64,000 bases of DNA from Marsupella aquatica (GCA_973895155.1 OZ316897.1:5841327-5905326); one strand, 5' to 3'. Shown: positions 11,853 to 22,169, counted from the stretch's first letter. The notes: generated from the letters alone by a model not told the origin. A program made the numbers and translations.

Positions 11853-14501
11853 CTAATGCCTGGCACGCTTGCCAGAGCCGCCCGAATGGGAACGGCCATC
11901 CCGCTGCCTTCGAAGCCTGTCATTGTCCGCTTTGAGGAGCTGGACCTGGTCCAGCAGAGATTCGTTCTCTCGCCTCGCCGCGTCCGTCTCCTCTGCTGCC
12001 TCCTGACATGCCTCCTCCAGCTGCTGGGCGTCACTCGTCAGTTTACTCGCCAGCTGGTCCTGCTTCTCGGCCTCGGTTTGGAGCCGCGCCATCTCAGCCT
12101 GCAGCGTGGCTATCTCCGTCGCGTCCCGCTGGGCTCGCTCCTGGGCCTCCTCCAGGTCTTTCTGCCAGGTGACAGCTTGTTTCTTCAAACTGTCAATCTG
12201 GTTCCGGAGTCGTGTAATCTCGGCCTCGTTCCCAGCTTTGGCCTGTTCGGCTAGGGCGGTAAGAGCGTACGCCTTTGCTAACAACTCATCAGCGGCTGCA
12301 ACCTTGGGTCGTAGTTGCAGAAGCTCAGCCTCTTGAGCCGCCACTTCGTTCTTTAGGTACACGGACTCCACCCGGTACCGCTCTATCCTCTGAAGGGCCT
12401 CCGACTGGGCCCGACCTGCCTTTACGGCGGCAACCAACTCCTGATTGAAGAAACAGGCTACCTTCCGGGCCATGAACTCCCCGGTATCCCGGGCAATTTG
12501 ATGAGAGAAATCTCCCAGAAGCCCGTTCAGAAACGTACCCTGTACGAAGAGTTCCGGGTGGTCCAAGTTGTGCCTGTCCGGATTTGGGCACGGGCAGACA
12601 TCAACACGCGCAGGGGCCGGGGCAGTGACGTCCAGCCCTGGGGACATAACGTTGGAAGGGGCTGGAGTGTCCTCCTGCAGCGATGTCCGGTTCTCCGGAA
12701 TTGCCACCGGCGGGTCCTTGGGAGACCCGGGTTCGGGTAAGACCTCTGTCGTACCAACTTCTGTACTTAGCCCGGCTAGTTGGGTCGCATCAACGGTTGC
12801 AACGACCAACCCCTTCGGCGCCTCCTCGGTTACGATTACAGCTATTTGTGGAGGTGGGGTGGGTGAAGCTGGCGTGTCCACTGGACTTCGGGCCTCGGGT
12901 TGGGGCCGTCTCTCCAATGCCGGAAAAACCCACCTAGCTGGGACCAGCTTTGTAACGTTGATGTGGGGAAGGGTTCGTCGATCAAACCGGGCGTACCACT
13001 CAAGAATGATTTCGATGTGGCTAGCGAAATACGCTTTCCCGCCAATGTACAGCGTCTTCCTTCGCCGCTCCATCTCTTCATGGAATTTCTTAGCGAAGTA
13101 CGACGCCCATTTCCTAGGTCGATAGTTCTCGACCTGGATGACCTGGGCGGCGGAGATCTCCCCCCGGGGTTCCATCATGTGGAGAGCGTACCTCTGGAAC
13201 TCCAGCCGCTCAGCTATCTCGGGCATGAGGCAGGTCCTCATCACGAACCCGTTGTCCACTGATCCCTCTGAGGGAAAACTTGAAGATTGGTACTTGGCCC
13301 CCTTGCCCCCGGGAGCCCGTGATTCGACTCGATGGTCACCTTCGGGTAACCCGAAGATCATCTTGAGCCGTTCTTCTGTGAGGGACATATTCCTTCCCCG
13401 CAGCCGAGTCTGTTGACGTACGTCGTCATAATTCTTGACGAATTCTGTCATGTCCTCCCCGTAGTACCTGCAAGTGTTCCAGGGGAGAGAGGCGAGGTGC
13501 TCAAATCCCTGAGTCTTCAGGTACACCGCATGCTTGGGATGGAGGATGTTGCTGTGAACGTTTTCCCCCATGCGATGCATCGTTACCTTGGCTACGGCTA
13601 CCGTGGCCAACGGTAACCCGGATGCACTGGCGGATTCCTTCCTCTTCTTTCCCCGTGACTGACTCGGGGAAGGTGATACTTCCCCATCCTCCCGATCGGG
13701 CCTGGGGAGTGCCACTGCGGTTGGTAACGGGCCCGGGGCGGCCATGGTCACCATGTTGTCTGCTGGGGCCGCTCCTGGGGTCAGAGCAGGGGGTGGGGAC
13801 GATATAGTGTCGGCCCCCCGAGCGCTTGTTCCTCTGGGCCGCCTGGTCAAGGGTGGGGTAGCCTCGTCGTCATCGCTAAGATCCACAGCGTTGATGACGG
13901 AGCGTACCTGTGCTGGCTGGGTGATAGGTGGTGGGGTTTGGCTAGGCCGCGGCTGAGGCTGAAGCTGAAGCTGAGGTTGCATGGGCACGGGCACGGGTAC
14001 GGGTACGGGTACGGGTCCGGCTGAGTTGGTCATGTTGGTTGATGGCCGAGTTCCCATGAAGCTCTGTAGGTGCTGGTAGAAGTTCTCCGAAGCAAGTGCG
14101 GATGCCCTTGTCGAACGGTTGGTACTGGACTCGCCGTTAATGATAGCCCGAACCTGGGCAGGGATGTGGTCGAAGTGATGTCGCTGTAGGTCGATTGTAC
14201 CCGGGATATTGAAGACCTCGTCCGGAAGCCGAAGCAATGCTTCCCAGAACCCGATATATTTGTCTCCGTTGAAGAAGTACCCAGATACCTCAGCTGGTCG
14301 GTAAAGCTCGCTCTGAGACGGGTAGTCAAAGTTAAGGACGTAGTGGTGTCGTCCTGCTAGGCGGATGGCTCTCTCGTATTCGCGTTCGATCTCGTATCGG
14401 CGCGGGTTGGCGTGTTTCAATGAATCGGCCAAGTGCCTTCCGGTAGATAGGAACTGCGTCCAGAATCGAATGGCCGAGCTGGAGAGGATCGTGTGCGACA
14501 T
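11853..14501 (-). CDS. Intact 882-aa LTR-encoded protein (globular N-terminus, Pro-rich linker, central PMD/Athila-accessory-like domain, C-terminal coiled coil)
   Basis: Uninterrupted 2.65-kb ORF with ATG and an upstream TATA. The homologue at 60792-63422 differs mostly at synonymous sites. Motif EFVKNYD…LRGRNMSLTEERLKMIFGLPEG; NLS-like RGKKRK. Confidence 0.85.
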   Translation of the reverse strand: MSHTILSSSAIRFWTQFLSTGRHLADSLKHANPRRYEIEREYERAIRLAGRHHYVLNFDYPSQSELYRPAEVSGYFFNGDKYIGFWEALLRLPDEVFNIPGTIDLQRHHFDHIPAQVRAIINGESSTNRSTRASALASENFYQHLQSFMGTRPSTNMTNSAGPVPVPVPVPVPMQPQLQLQPQPRPSQTPPPITQPAQVRSVINAVDLSDDDEATPPLTRRPRGTSARGADTISSPPPALTPGAAPADNMVTMAAPGPLPTAVALPRPDREDGEVSPSPSQSRGKKRKESASASGLPLATVAVAKVTMHRMGENVHSNILHPKHAVYLKTQGFEHLASLPWNTCRYYGEDMTEFVKNYDDVRQQTRLRGRNMSLTEERLKMIFGLPEGDHRVESRAPGGKGAKYQSSSFPSEGSVDNGFVMRTCLMPEIAERLEFQRYALHMMEPRGEISAAQVIQVENYRPRKWASYFAKKFHEEMERRRKTLYIGGKAYFASHIEIILEWYARFDRRTLPHINVTKLVPARWVFPALERRPQPEARSPVDTPASPTPPPQIAVIVTEEAPKGLVVATVDATQLAGLSTEVGTTEVLPEPGSPKDPPVAIPENRTSLQEDTPAPSNVMSPGLDVTAPAPARVDVCPCPNPDRHNLDHPELFVQGTFLNGLLGDFSHQIARDTGEFMARKVACFFNQELVAAVKAGRAQSEALQRIERYRVESVYLKNEVAAQEAELLQLRPKVAAADELLAKAYALTALAEQAKAGNEAEITRLRNQIDSLKKQAVTWQKDLEEAQERAQRDATEIATLQAEMARLQTEAEKQDQLASKLTSDAQQLEEACQEAAEETDAARRENESLLDQVQLLKADNDRLRRQRDGRSHSGGSGKRARH

Positions 14502-14602
14502 TCAGAGGAGATAGTAGTGGCGACCTAGAGAGAATGAGAGAGCTGGGGTCGAAGCTGGCGCGCGGACTGATGGACTGGTGCACTACAAAGGGTTGGCTCC
14601 CC

Positions 14603-14609
14603 TTTTATA
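14603..14609 (-). promoter_or_regulatory. TATA box of family B LTR
   Basis: GTATAAAAGGGG ~100 nt upstream of the ORF ATG, conserved in copy 2 (60686 TATAAAAAGGGG). Confidence 0.7.
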
Positions 14610-15847
14610 CTTTGAGGGCTTGTCGATCCCCGACGTCTCCTCGATGCCCATAGGTTGAACCGCTCACGCTTGTGGTGTACCGGCCACTCCGCCGGTTTGA
14701 GTCAGCGTGCGTCAGTGGCCGCTTCCTTAAGTTTGTTATACGGACCCGAGGGAGGGGCCCCTCCACGCTCGTAACCCGGGTGTGCGAATAGCGACCCGCC
14801 GCCAGCCCGAACCTGAAGTCCCCCTTATTGCCTAATGATGTCCTACCCCTATTGATTACCTAAATACTGTCGTTATGCTAATAATAGCGGCCTAAGACCC
14901 ACCTAATGCGCGTGCCGAGCGCAGTTAGACTGAATCACTCATTAACCGCCGTACCGGCGGCGTCACAGTACTGCTTTTCAATTCTTGTCTCTGTTCAATG
15001 TTGTCCTTATGGAATGCGCTCTCAGTCTTTGAATGGTTGCATTCGATCCTCTGTTTTGTTCGTGCCTTTCCTCCTCTCTCGATCGTTTTATGCCCCCTTC
15101 CTCTATAATTTTCATTATCTACTATCCTTATCAGAATTTGTTTCGTTTCTTCTCAGATTTAAAGGTCGTTTCCAGAGGGGTTTCTTCACCTTCAATCCTT
15201 ATTGTTTCTCGCCTCAATCCTTAATACTTTCGATTCTCTTTGTCAGCGCCTTACCAATGTTCACTGCCAGTGCTTTCTCTCACACCGACTCTTTCTCGAT
15301 TCTTGCTTAATCATTTTCTCTCGCTCTCTCTCGTGCCTCCTTAAGTGATCTTCAATGTCCTTATGAGATCGGTCCGTCATGGTTCGGCATAGGTAGTCCA
15401 TGGCTTCCGCAATGACATTTGGAGGAATCACAAACGTCCTTGTTAAACCTAAAATTAGAAATGTGATCGAGAAGTTCTCATCCATAGCTTCTTGGGAGGG
15501 GCAGTTATGTCAAATCTATAAACACTCAATGAAAATCTGGCCTTTCTCTCAAAGAAAAAATTGCTCGTGGAGAGCTACGTGCTGATAACGTGTTGTGGGA
15601 GAAATGAGACAAAGAGTTGGTTCCATCTTTACTCTTGGTAGAATATGTACATGTGGCTATGGCCTAAGTAGTTAGGGTAGTTACATAGGTAGTTATCCCA
15701 AAGGTAGACTTAACTCAAGTATGAGTTACAACAGTATGTAGGTTTTCTTTGTTGTTAGTCATTGTCTTGTATTTTTGGACTGAGACAATCTCAGTCCAAA
15801 GTTCAAATTTGGTTTTCTTCTAAGAGTTGTATTTGTTGCACTTGCAG

Positions 15848-16485
15848 AATCGAGACCTTGTCCCATCAAGCGGAAGTTGTTGATTTTGGATCTTAACAAA
15901 ATACTTTGGGATTCTCTTGAATTCCAAAGCAAGGGCAAATCTAGAAACATTGTGACCCCAAATGGAGTGCATTGGGATAGATCAAATGGAACTAGTCGCA
16001 TGTATACAGAGAGGCCAGGGCTCCATGAGTTTCTAAAGTTGGTTTTTGACCGGTTTGACGTTGCAATTTGGACATGTGCTGGGATGCCGCGGACAGTGAA
16101 AATGTTGAACATGATGTTCACTGTTGAGGAGCGGTTGAAACTGAAGTTTGTATTCACACAGGTGGAAGCCTTTGACACAGTCATTCAAAGGCGTGACATT
16201 ACAAATGGAAAGGCAAATGTGCTATTGAAGGATTTTCGGGTGGTATGGAGTGCATTTGGAAATCTATATGATGAAACCAACACACTCCTTGTGGATGACT
16301 CCCCCTTGAAGGCCTTTGCCAACCCAGACATGACCGGACTATTTCCAGTGCCCTACACGCATGCCAATCGTGGAGACAATTTTCTTCTAACAATTCTTTG
16401 GCCATGTCTTGAGAAACTGTCACATGCAAGTGATATTCGTTGTTATCTTCTCCTAAACTCTCCAAAGTGGTCTCTATTGCACATT
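15848..16485 (+). pseudogene. FCP1/NIF-family HAD phosphatase-like ORF, 5' part
   Basis: KLLILDLNKIL, ERPGLHEFLKLVFDRFDVAIWT, LLKDFRVVW, YDETNTLLVDDSPLKAFANP. Preceded by an acceptor-like ttgcag. Confidence 0.8.
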
Positions 16486-16753
16486 TCTGGGAAAATAATT
16501 TTTATAATAAAAGGGTGAGACCGCGAAAACCCCACGGCCGGGGGAAAGCAAGCAGCCCCCTAGATATATCAGCACAACTCCCACAGGGAGGCCAGCAGGC
16601 AAAAGCAAAGGCCGGAGTCACAATAAACAACAAAAAGGGGAGACTGAAGCAATGGGCCCAGAACGTGAGTGACCCACACATCATGTCAACTTGTAGAGTT
16701 CTAGAGCCAATGAGCGAGGTAACCCATTCACCCTTTTCCAATAGCTATCACTC

Positions 16754-19501
16754 CTAGACCAGCAATGCAGCCACCGAAGTGACTCTGCCAGTACTCCTAG
16801 CAAACCAGTGTCGTCGTTCTATAGCTATGAGATCCCTAGCCTTAGCCAGTCTGATGCGCCGCCCACCAATGGGGAGGCACCAGCCCACAGCCCGCAAGTG
16901 CGTCTCAGTTTCCGAGAGGACCAGCCCAAAATCAAATACTCTGGTCCGCTTTTTCTCAAAAATCTGCTCATTTTGTCCCATCCATAGAGCCCACAGCATT
17001 TGATACTGCAGGAAAAAGCAGGCAGATTGAGTGTGTGTTCTAGAGTCAGCAGCAACAAGGAGTTCCAGGCTACCCCAACCCCTGCCAAACAGTTGTCTCA
17101 AGGAGCTAGACTCTCCAATTCCCCAACAGAGCATGGCGTGGGCACAGCCAAAGAAAAGGTGGGGGATGTTTTCAATTCTCCCAGGGCAAACATGGCATAT
17201 ACCTGAGCCTGCACCAATCTTAGCAGCCCAAGATCCCACAAAGAGACCACCCACTATCAAGCGCCAAATGAATGTTTTTGCTTTGGAAGACAAATCAGAG
17301 CTCCAAATTCGAGTCCAGACAGCTTTCCATTCTATTTCCGATCGCCTGCATCTCCAAATTCGATTCCATCTCTCAAAGTCAGTGCTTTTGTCCCTCAAGA
17401 ATTCGTAAGCTTGCTGGTTGTTAATTTGAAAGGACTTTGAGAAAGCCCGAGTGTCAGCCCAGCGCCACTGCCTAGCACCTGGTTCCAGGTCCAGCCAGCT
17501 GGAGTGACCACGATGGATGACAACCAACAGGAGTGCGCACTGTGACTTACATTCTTTAGAGACACCTCTAAGATAATGCCAGCAACATGAAAGGTCGATC
17601 CATTCCCCTAAGCCCCCAGACCAGCAGTCAGCTATTTTCCTGATTCCTAGTTGCCCTAAGGTCATTGTGGCCTTCTCCAAATCAGTGACCGGCCAGGAGT
17701 GAGTACCAGCAAGACATCGAATTGAGTCCTGAATGCTCCATCTGCCAGGTATACCATCCACACCGGGCACAAAGGAGAGGCCACGCCTTAAGGCCTCCCA
17801 GGCCTTCCACAGGCCCCAAGTATAAGGCATTCCTTCGCTAGCCCGTGGTGAGCACATCAGTAACTTATCCTGGAAAGTGTAATTGTTCCGACATATCACC
17901 TTATAAAGCCTCCAGCCCATGAGATCAAGGTTAGCCTGCAGCAGTAGCGACCATTCAGCTTCATCCAGAGCCTTCATGAACCATTGGGTAAGTAGAGCCT
18001 CAGAGTGAGTGCGGAAGTCTTTGAAACCCAGTCCGCCATCTGTTTTAGGCCGGGCCATCTTCGACCAGGCCACCAGAGGAATCTTCTTGTTCCCCTCATA
18101 ATTATAGCCCCACAGAAAGTCCCTGCACAGCGCCACCAATTTTTTTGCCAGCCCAGCAGATGATCTCAAGTGCATCACATGGTAGATAGGGATGGCCAAC
18201 AGAACCTGTTTAATCAGCAGAGTCCTTCCTGTGAATGAGATCATTTTGTTAGCCCAGGAAGCCAATCTCTTAGCGATCTTGTCTAAACAGAATTTGTGAA
18301 TTTGATCCGCCCCAAGCTCTAGTCCGAATGGCGCCCCAAGATAGATCTGCAGCTCTCCTGCTTTGCTGATCCTGCATTCAGTTTTGCTTAGCCATTCTGG
18401 AATGCACTCAAGCGCGAACGGTATGATAATCGATTTTTGGAGATTCAGTCTAGCACTAGATGCGCACTCATAGCAGGCCAGCGCTACTCTAGCCTCAGAG
18501 AAAGCAGTCTCACATGTAGGGATAAACATTCCAACATCGTCTACAAAGAGTCTGAAGCAGATAGTACATTGTTCGCTGATCTTGATTCCCGGCACTCTTC
18601 CTTCTTTGATCTCTGAATCTAAGAACGTCATCAGCGGTTGGGTGGACAGCACAAAGAGTAAGGGAGAGAGGGGGCAGCCCTGCCTCACCCCCCGACGCAA
18701 CACAATTGCCTCTGAGATAAGCCCATTCACAGCCACCCGTGAAGAAGCCGCCGAGAGCAGAGCTTGAACTAGTTGAATGGTCCAGCTACTGAACCCCAGG
18801 AGAAGCATTGTTTCCCACAAGTAATCATGATTTACCCTGTCAAAAGCTTTTTTGAAGTCTAGCTTCAGAAAGAGAGTTGGACGTCTTGTCTTCCGAGCCC
18901 ATTCGCCAGTGAGCCATGCTACCGAAATGTTCTCTAAGATGTGTCGGCCAGGGATGAACCCAATTTGCTGCTTGTTAATCAACTTAGGAATGACCAATTG
19001 CATCCGGGCAGCCAGAAGCTTGGCAATCAATTTATAAATCGTGTTTAGCATGGTCAGTGGTCTCCAGTCTTTCAAGAATCTTTTGTCCTCTTTCTTGGGT
19101 ATCAGCTTGATAATGCCCAGCTTGATGCCTGCCGCTAGCTTGCCTGTTAACCAGTAGTCTTGTATCATCTCCAGCAGATCCGTGTGAATATAATCCCAGC
19201 CTACTCTAAAGACCTCTGCTGTAAGTCCGTCTGGTCCTGGAGTCTTATCAAGTGGGAGAGACCAAAGTCTGTCTTTAACCTCCTTTTCCGATGGGATTTC
19301 TTCCATCATGCGAATCTCAGCTGCAGTAAGAGAGTGCCTTGTTTTCTCCAGCAACCGCTTCCGAGCAGCCAAACAGTCCTGGTGTTCCAAGTAAGAGAGT
19401 GGCTTAGGGGAGTATAGATTGTTACAGTGCTTTTCCACTTCTCTCATTATCAGCGTCGGGTCCACTATGGTTGAGTCATCCTCCCTCTGCAAGAAGGACA
19501 T
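16754..19501 (-). CDS. LINE ORF2 reverse transcriptase / zf-RVT segment (915 aa; upstream part disrupted)
   Basis: KTPGPDG, WRPLTMLN, KLDFKKAFDRV, GVRQGCPLSPLLF, FVDD, YLGAP, GGLGF, CHVC…HLFFGC. Confidence 0.9.
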   Translation of the reverse strand: MSFLQREDDSTIVDPTLIMREVEKHCNNLYSPKPLSYLEHQDCLAARKRLLEKTRHSLTAAEIRMMEEIPSEKEVKDRLWSLPLDKTPGPDGLTAEVFRVGWDYIHTDLLEMIQDYWLTGKLAAGIKLGIIKLIPKKEDKRFLKDWRPLTMLNTIYKLIAKLLAARMQLVIPKLINKQQIGFIPGRHILENISVAWLTGEWARKTRRPTLFLKLDFKKAFDRVNHDYLWETMLLLGFSSWTIQLVQALLSAASSRVAVNGLISEAIVLRRGVRQGCPLSPLLFVLSTQPLMTFLDSEIKEGRVPGIKISEQCTICFRLFVDDVGMFIPTCETAFSEARVALACYECASSARLNLQKSIIIPFALECIPEWLSKTECRISKAGELQIYLGAPFGLELGADQIHKFCLDKIAKRLASWANKMISFTGRTLLIKQVLLAIPIYHVMHLRSSAGLAKKLVALCRDFLWGYNYEGNKKIPLVAWSKMARPKTDGGLGFKDFRTHSEALLTQWFMKALDEAEWSLLLQANLDLMGWRLYKVICRNNYTFQDKLLMCSPRASEGMPYTWGLWKAWEALRRGLSFVPGVDGIPGRWSIQDSIRCLAGTHSWPVTDLEKATMTLGQLGIRKIADCWSGGLGEWIDLSCCWHYLRGVSKECKSQCALLLVVIHRGHSSWLDLEPGARQWRWADTRAFSKSFQINNQQAYEFLRDKSTDFERWNRIWRCRRSEIEWKAVWTRIWSSDLSSKAKTFIWRLIVGGLFVGSWAAKIGAGSGICHVCPGRIENIPHLFFGCAHAMLCWGIGESSSLRQLFGRGWGSLELLVAADSRTHTQSACFFLQYQMLWALWMGQNEQIFEKKRTRVFDFGLVLSETETHLRAVGWCLPIGGRRIRLAKARDLIAIERRHWFARSTGRVTSVAALLV

Positions 19502-20197
19502 CTTCTCCCGATCTCATTTGGCTTTAATCGTTGCAAAATAGAATTTAGTGCTTTCTTCCCCTTCTCCAAGCCATTTAATTCGTGCCAGTCTTCTGCCTAG
19601 CATCGCTTCCTCCATTTCAGCCAGGTGAAGCTGATCTTCCGCCAGGACGTACTCCGTCACTGTTTCCTCAGAGTTGAATTCTTCTAACGTTTCCTTCATA
19701 TTCCGTAGTTGGGCTCTTAAGAAGTTCATTTCTTCTTCCTTCTTCTTTGGTAGCGCCTGTATTTCCTTGTAAGCCTTCCGTAGTGAGCTGCAAGCAATGG
19801 CAAATTTTGCGTGTGGATCTCTAGCATTATCCTTTCCGGTCCTCCAGGCTGCTTCTAGCTTCTCTCTGTTTTCCTCTTTTCTCAGTACAGTGGGGTCAGC
19901 CTTAAAGAGGTGAACCCGGTCCAGCCCTCCGCACTCCCTAGCCTCCTAGAGTCAAAGTTCCAATAGGATAGGGTCATGATCAGAAAGCGTGGACCCACCA
20001 TCGTGCATTAGGCAGACCGGACCACAGACCCACCAGCCTCCATCATTAACGTAGAAGCGATCCAGCCTTGATTGCATCAGCTCCTCTCCTCTCCATCTCC
20101 TCCATGTGAATAGAGAGCCAGACTTTAGCCCTCCAATCTTCAATGCATCCACCAAATCAAACCTGGTTGTCAGGAAGCGCCAGAATTCTGATTCCAG

Positions 20198-20492
20198 ACT
20201 CAAGGGTCTCACTATATGGGGATCTCCCCATCGCCTGCGACGTTTATAGGCCTCGGACCCCCTAAAATGTAAGAAAAAATGTATTTTTAAACCCCTATAA
20301 AGTTGGAATATTCTTGGAATATTCTAAAAATTGGATTAAAAAGACCCTAATGTTCTTATAAGTCTCAAAATTGAATTTAAAAGACTCTATTGTTCTTCTA
20401 CAAAAATTCTTAAGTCTTCCCTTAGAACCAATAAAATGACCCTATCCTTCGTCGCACGTGATATGCCATTTTTGTGGAAGTGAAACCCCCGA
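20198..20492. mobile_element. MITE (hAT-like) inside LINE endonuclease
   Basis: GATTCCAG is repeated at 20190-20197 and 20493-20500. Imperfect TIRs TCAAGGGTCTCACT / AGTGAAACCCCCGA. Removing the insert restores LIRGLES-EFW. Confidence 0.65.
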
Positions 20493-20829
20493 GATTCCAG
20501 CCCCCTAATAAGCGAAGATCCACCCGTTGAAATCCCCGCATATAATCCAATGCGCCTGAGGTAGAGCCACTTTGAGTTCATGCCATACCGCCGCCCGAGA
20601 TCTGGCTGAGTTAGGTGCATAAATGCTGGCAATTCCAATTGGCCCTTTCTTATGTTCTAGAATTACCCATACAGCTCTTCCTAAGTCTAGAATTCCCTGA
20701 TTCAGCACCTTCCACTTCGGATGAATGGCGATATTATTTTGCAGTTCATCATGCATCAATGCCTCGTCCTGCCAAACCGAATCCAACCACCCAACCAAAC
20801 ATACATAGCCTACAGGTATTTTCCTTGGA

Positions 20830-21370
20830 AATGTTTTTTCATGATTTTATTAGATAGTGACCACGAAAACCCCGTGGCAAGGAAGAATAGAAAGAGTGAT
20901 CCCATAACACACAATCAACCACCCCACCTGGAGTGCGGCAACAACAACATGTGATGAAAGCCCAGAGACCAGGCTGTCAATCTCAAACATAGGGATCTCA
21001 AGACCAGCGAACCCCATTAGTCAGAGAAAGTCCTATCGAGATGTAATCCAGATCTGTCGGCTATTCAACCAAACTATTCTTTCCTGTATAAGTATCTCCT
21101 TCACTCGTAGCAATCGTGTATGTCATCTACTCGGGGGCACACACAGGCCCACCGCAGATGCATGGTCAGCAGCTTCTGAGAGAATAAAGCGAAGATCAAA
21201 TGTCCTAAAGCCATTGGCCTGAAAGATGTGCGCATTCCTACACTGCCATAAGGACCATAGAATCTGATAGAACATAAATAGCGTCGCAATTGTGCCAGGG
21301 TCTTCCTTAGCAGTGAGAAGCAACAGCTCAAGTATCCTATCCGCATAATCAGTAAAGGTACCTGAGAAAC
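20830..21370 (-). mobile_element. 5'-truncated LINE 3' fragment
   Basis: YQILWSLWQCRNAHIF…FDLRFILSE matches the ORF2 C-terminus of the adjacent LINE. AATAAA and an A-tail lie near 20835-20850. Confidence 0.75.
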
Positions 21371-21378
21371 ACTACATT

Positions 21379-21777
21379 AAGAGAGACAAGGCAAAAAATG
21401 AGATTACTTATGATCAACTTAGTAAGAGATGTGCAGCAAAAATTTGGAAGTCACAGTATAGGCATAGTGTGCTGGACCTCAATAGCAATGAGATTCCTTG
21501 GGCTGTGAAGCACCGTATATGTAGCTTACGTCCTGAGGTGGAACTTGACGATGCACTTGTCACCTCACTTGCTAGATCATTTGTAGGACGGGAATATTCA
21601 GGTCTGTATAGAGAAAATCCCAGACACTTTTTGCGGGAGATTATAGCAGTTAGGAACAACACCACCAAATTTCATCTTCCTGAAGATAAAGGGAGTTGCA
21701 ACCGTGACATTAGGGTAGATAGTAAAGGAGACAAGGGCATGTGCTCAAATAAATATTGTAAGGAACACTTTGTTTAG
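21379..21777 (+). pseudogene. Probable 3' part of the HAD-like ORF
   Basis: Open frame KRDKAKNEITYDQLSK…HFV* joins in frame to …WSLLHI through a shared ACATT. Confidence 0.55.
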
Positions 21778-22037
21778 AGATCTGACTCATGTTAAGCCCA
21801 TTAGATAGTAAAAATGGGTGCCAACCCTGGATATTCATTGTAAGTTTGGACACAATTGTATATAATTATTTTCACACATTATCAATCAATGGTCCTTGCT
21901 TGGGCTTCTTTGTGCGGAAATGTTTTTACAAGTATGATCTCTATCCCATGGTTCTTTGTGAACTAATAAGTAATATAATACTATTATAATTAATAGAATA
22001 GAATATATTAATATAATACTAATAAGATTTGGCTTAT

Positions 22038-22116
22038 AAAGTGTACATTTAGGTATCAAAAAGTGTACATTTGGGTTTCTTAAAGTGTACATTTGGGGAC
22101 ATAAAAGTGTACATTT
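22038..22116. repeat. Short tandem repeat (~21-22 bp x4, AAAGTGTACATTT core)
   Basis: Four visible units. Confidence 0.8.
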
Positions 22117-22169
22117 CAGGACTGATTTGTGAACAAAAGAAAATACACTTTTAATGAATAGGCTGATAA

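Larger units (their letters stand above)
6195..14967 (-). mobile_element. Ty3/Gypsy LTR retrotransposon family B (Athila/Phygy-like non-chromovirus), 5' part
   Basis: 5' LTR 14967-10952, tRNA-Asn PBS, single-frame gag-PR-RT-RH. No archaeal-type RNase H is visible between PR and RT. IDDIFPDEELF after RH is Athila-like. Integrase is displaced by the family A insertion. Confidence 0.9.
10952..14967 (-). repeat. 5' LTR of family B (~4.0 kb) containing an 882-aa ORF
   Basis: TGTGACGC…TGTGACA. The 5' end is shared exactly with the second copy at 60319 in a different flank. The 3' end is inferred from the CA 12 nt before the PBS. Confidence 0.8.
16490..20800 (-). mobile_element. L1-clade LINE (ORF2: endonuclease fragments, RT, zf-RVT)
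   Basis: EN motifs SIYAPN, CGDFN, SRLDRFY, SDHDPI in broken ORFs. 915-aa RT ORF. A-rich 3' end near 16500. Confidence 0.92.

Noticed and set aside
14968-15490. K/R/E-rich minus-strand ORF fragment as a host gene
   Set aside because: It is short and interrupted, and resembles the LINE ORF1 N-terminal regions elsewhere in the window. There is not enough evidence to call it.
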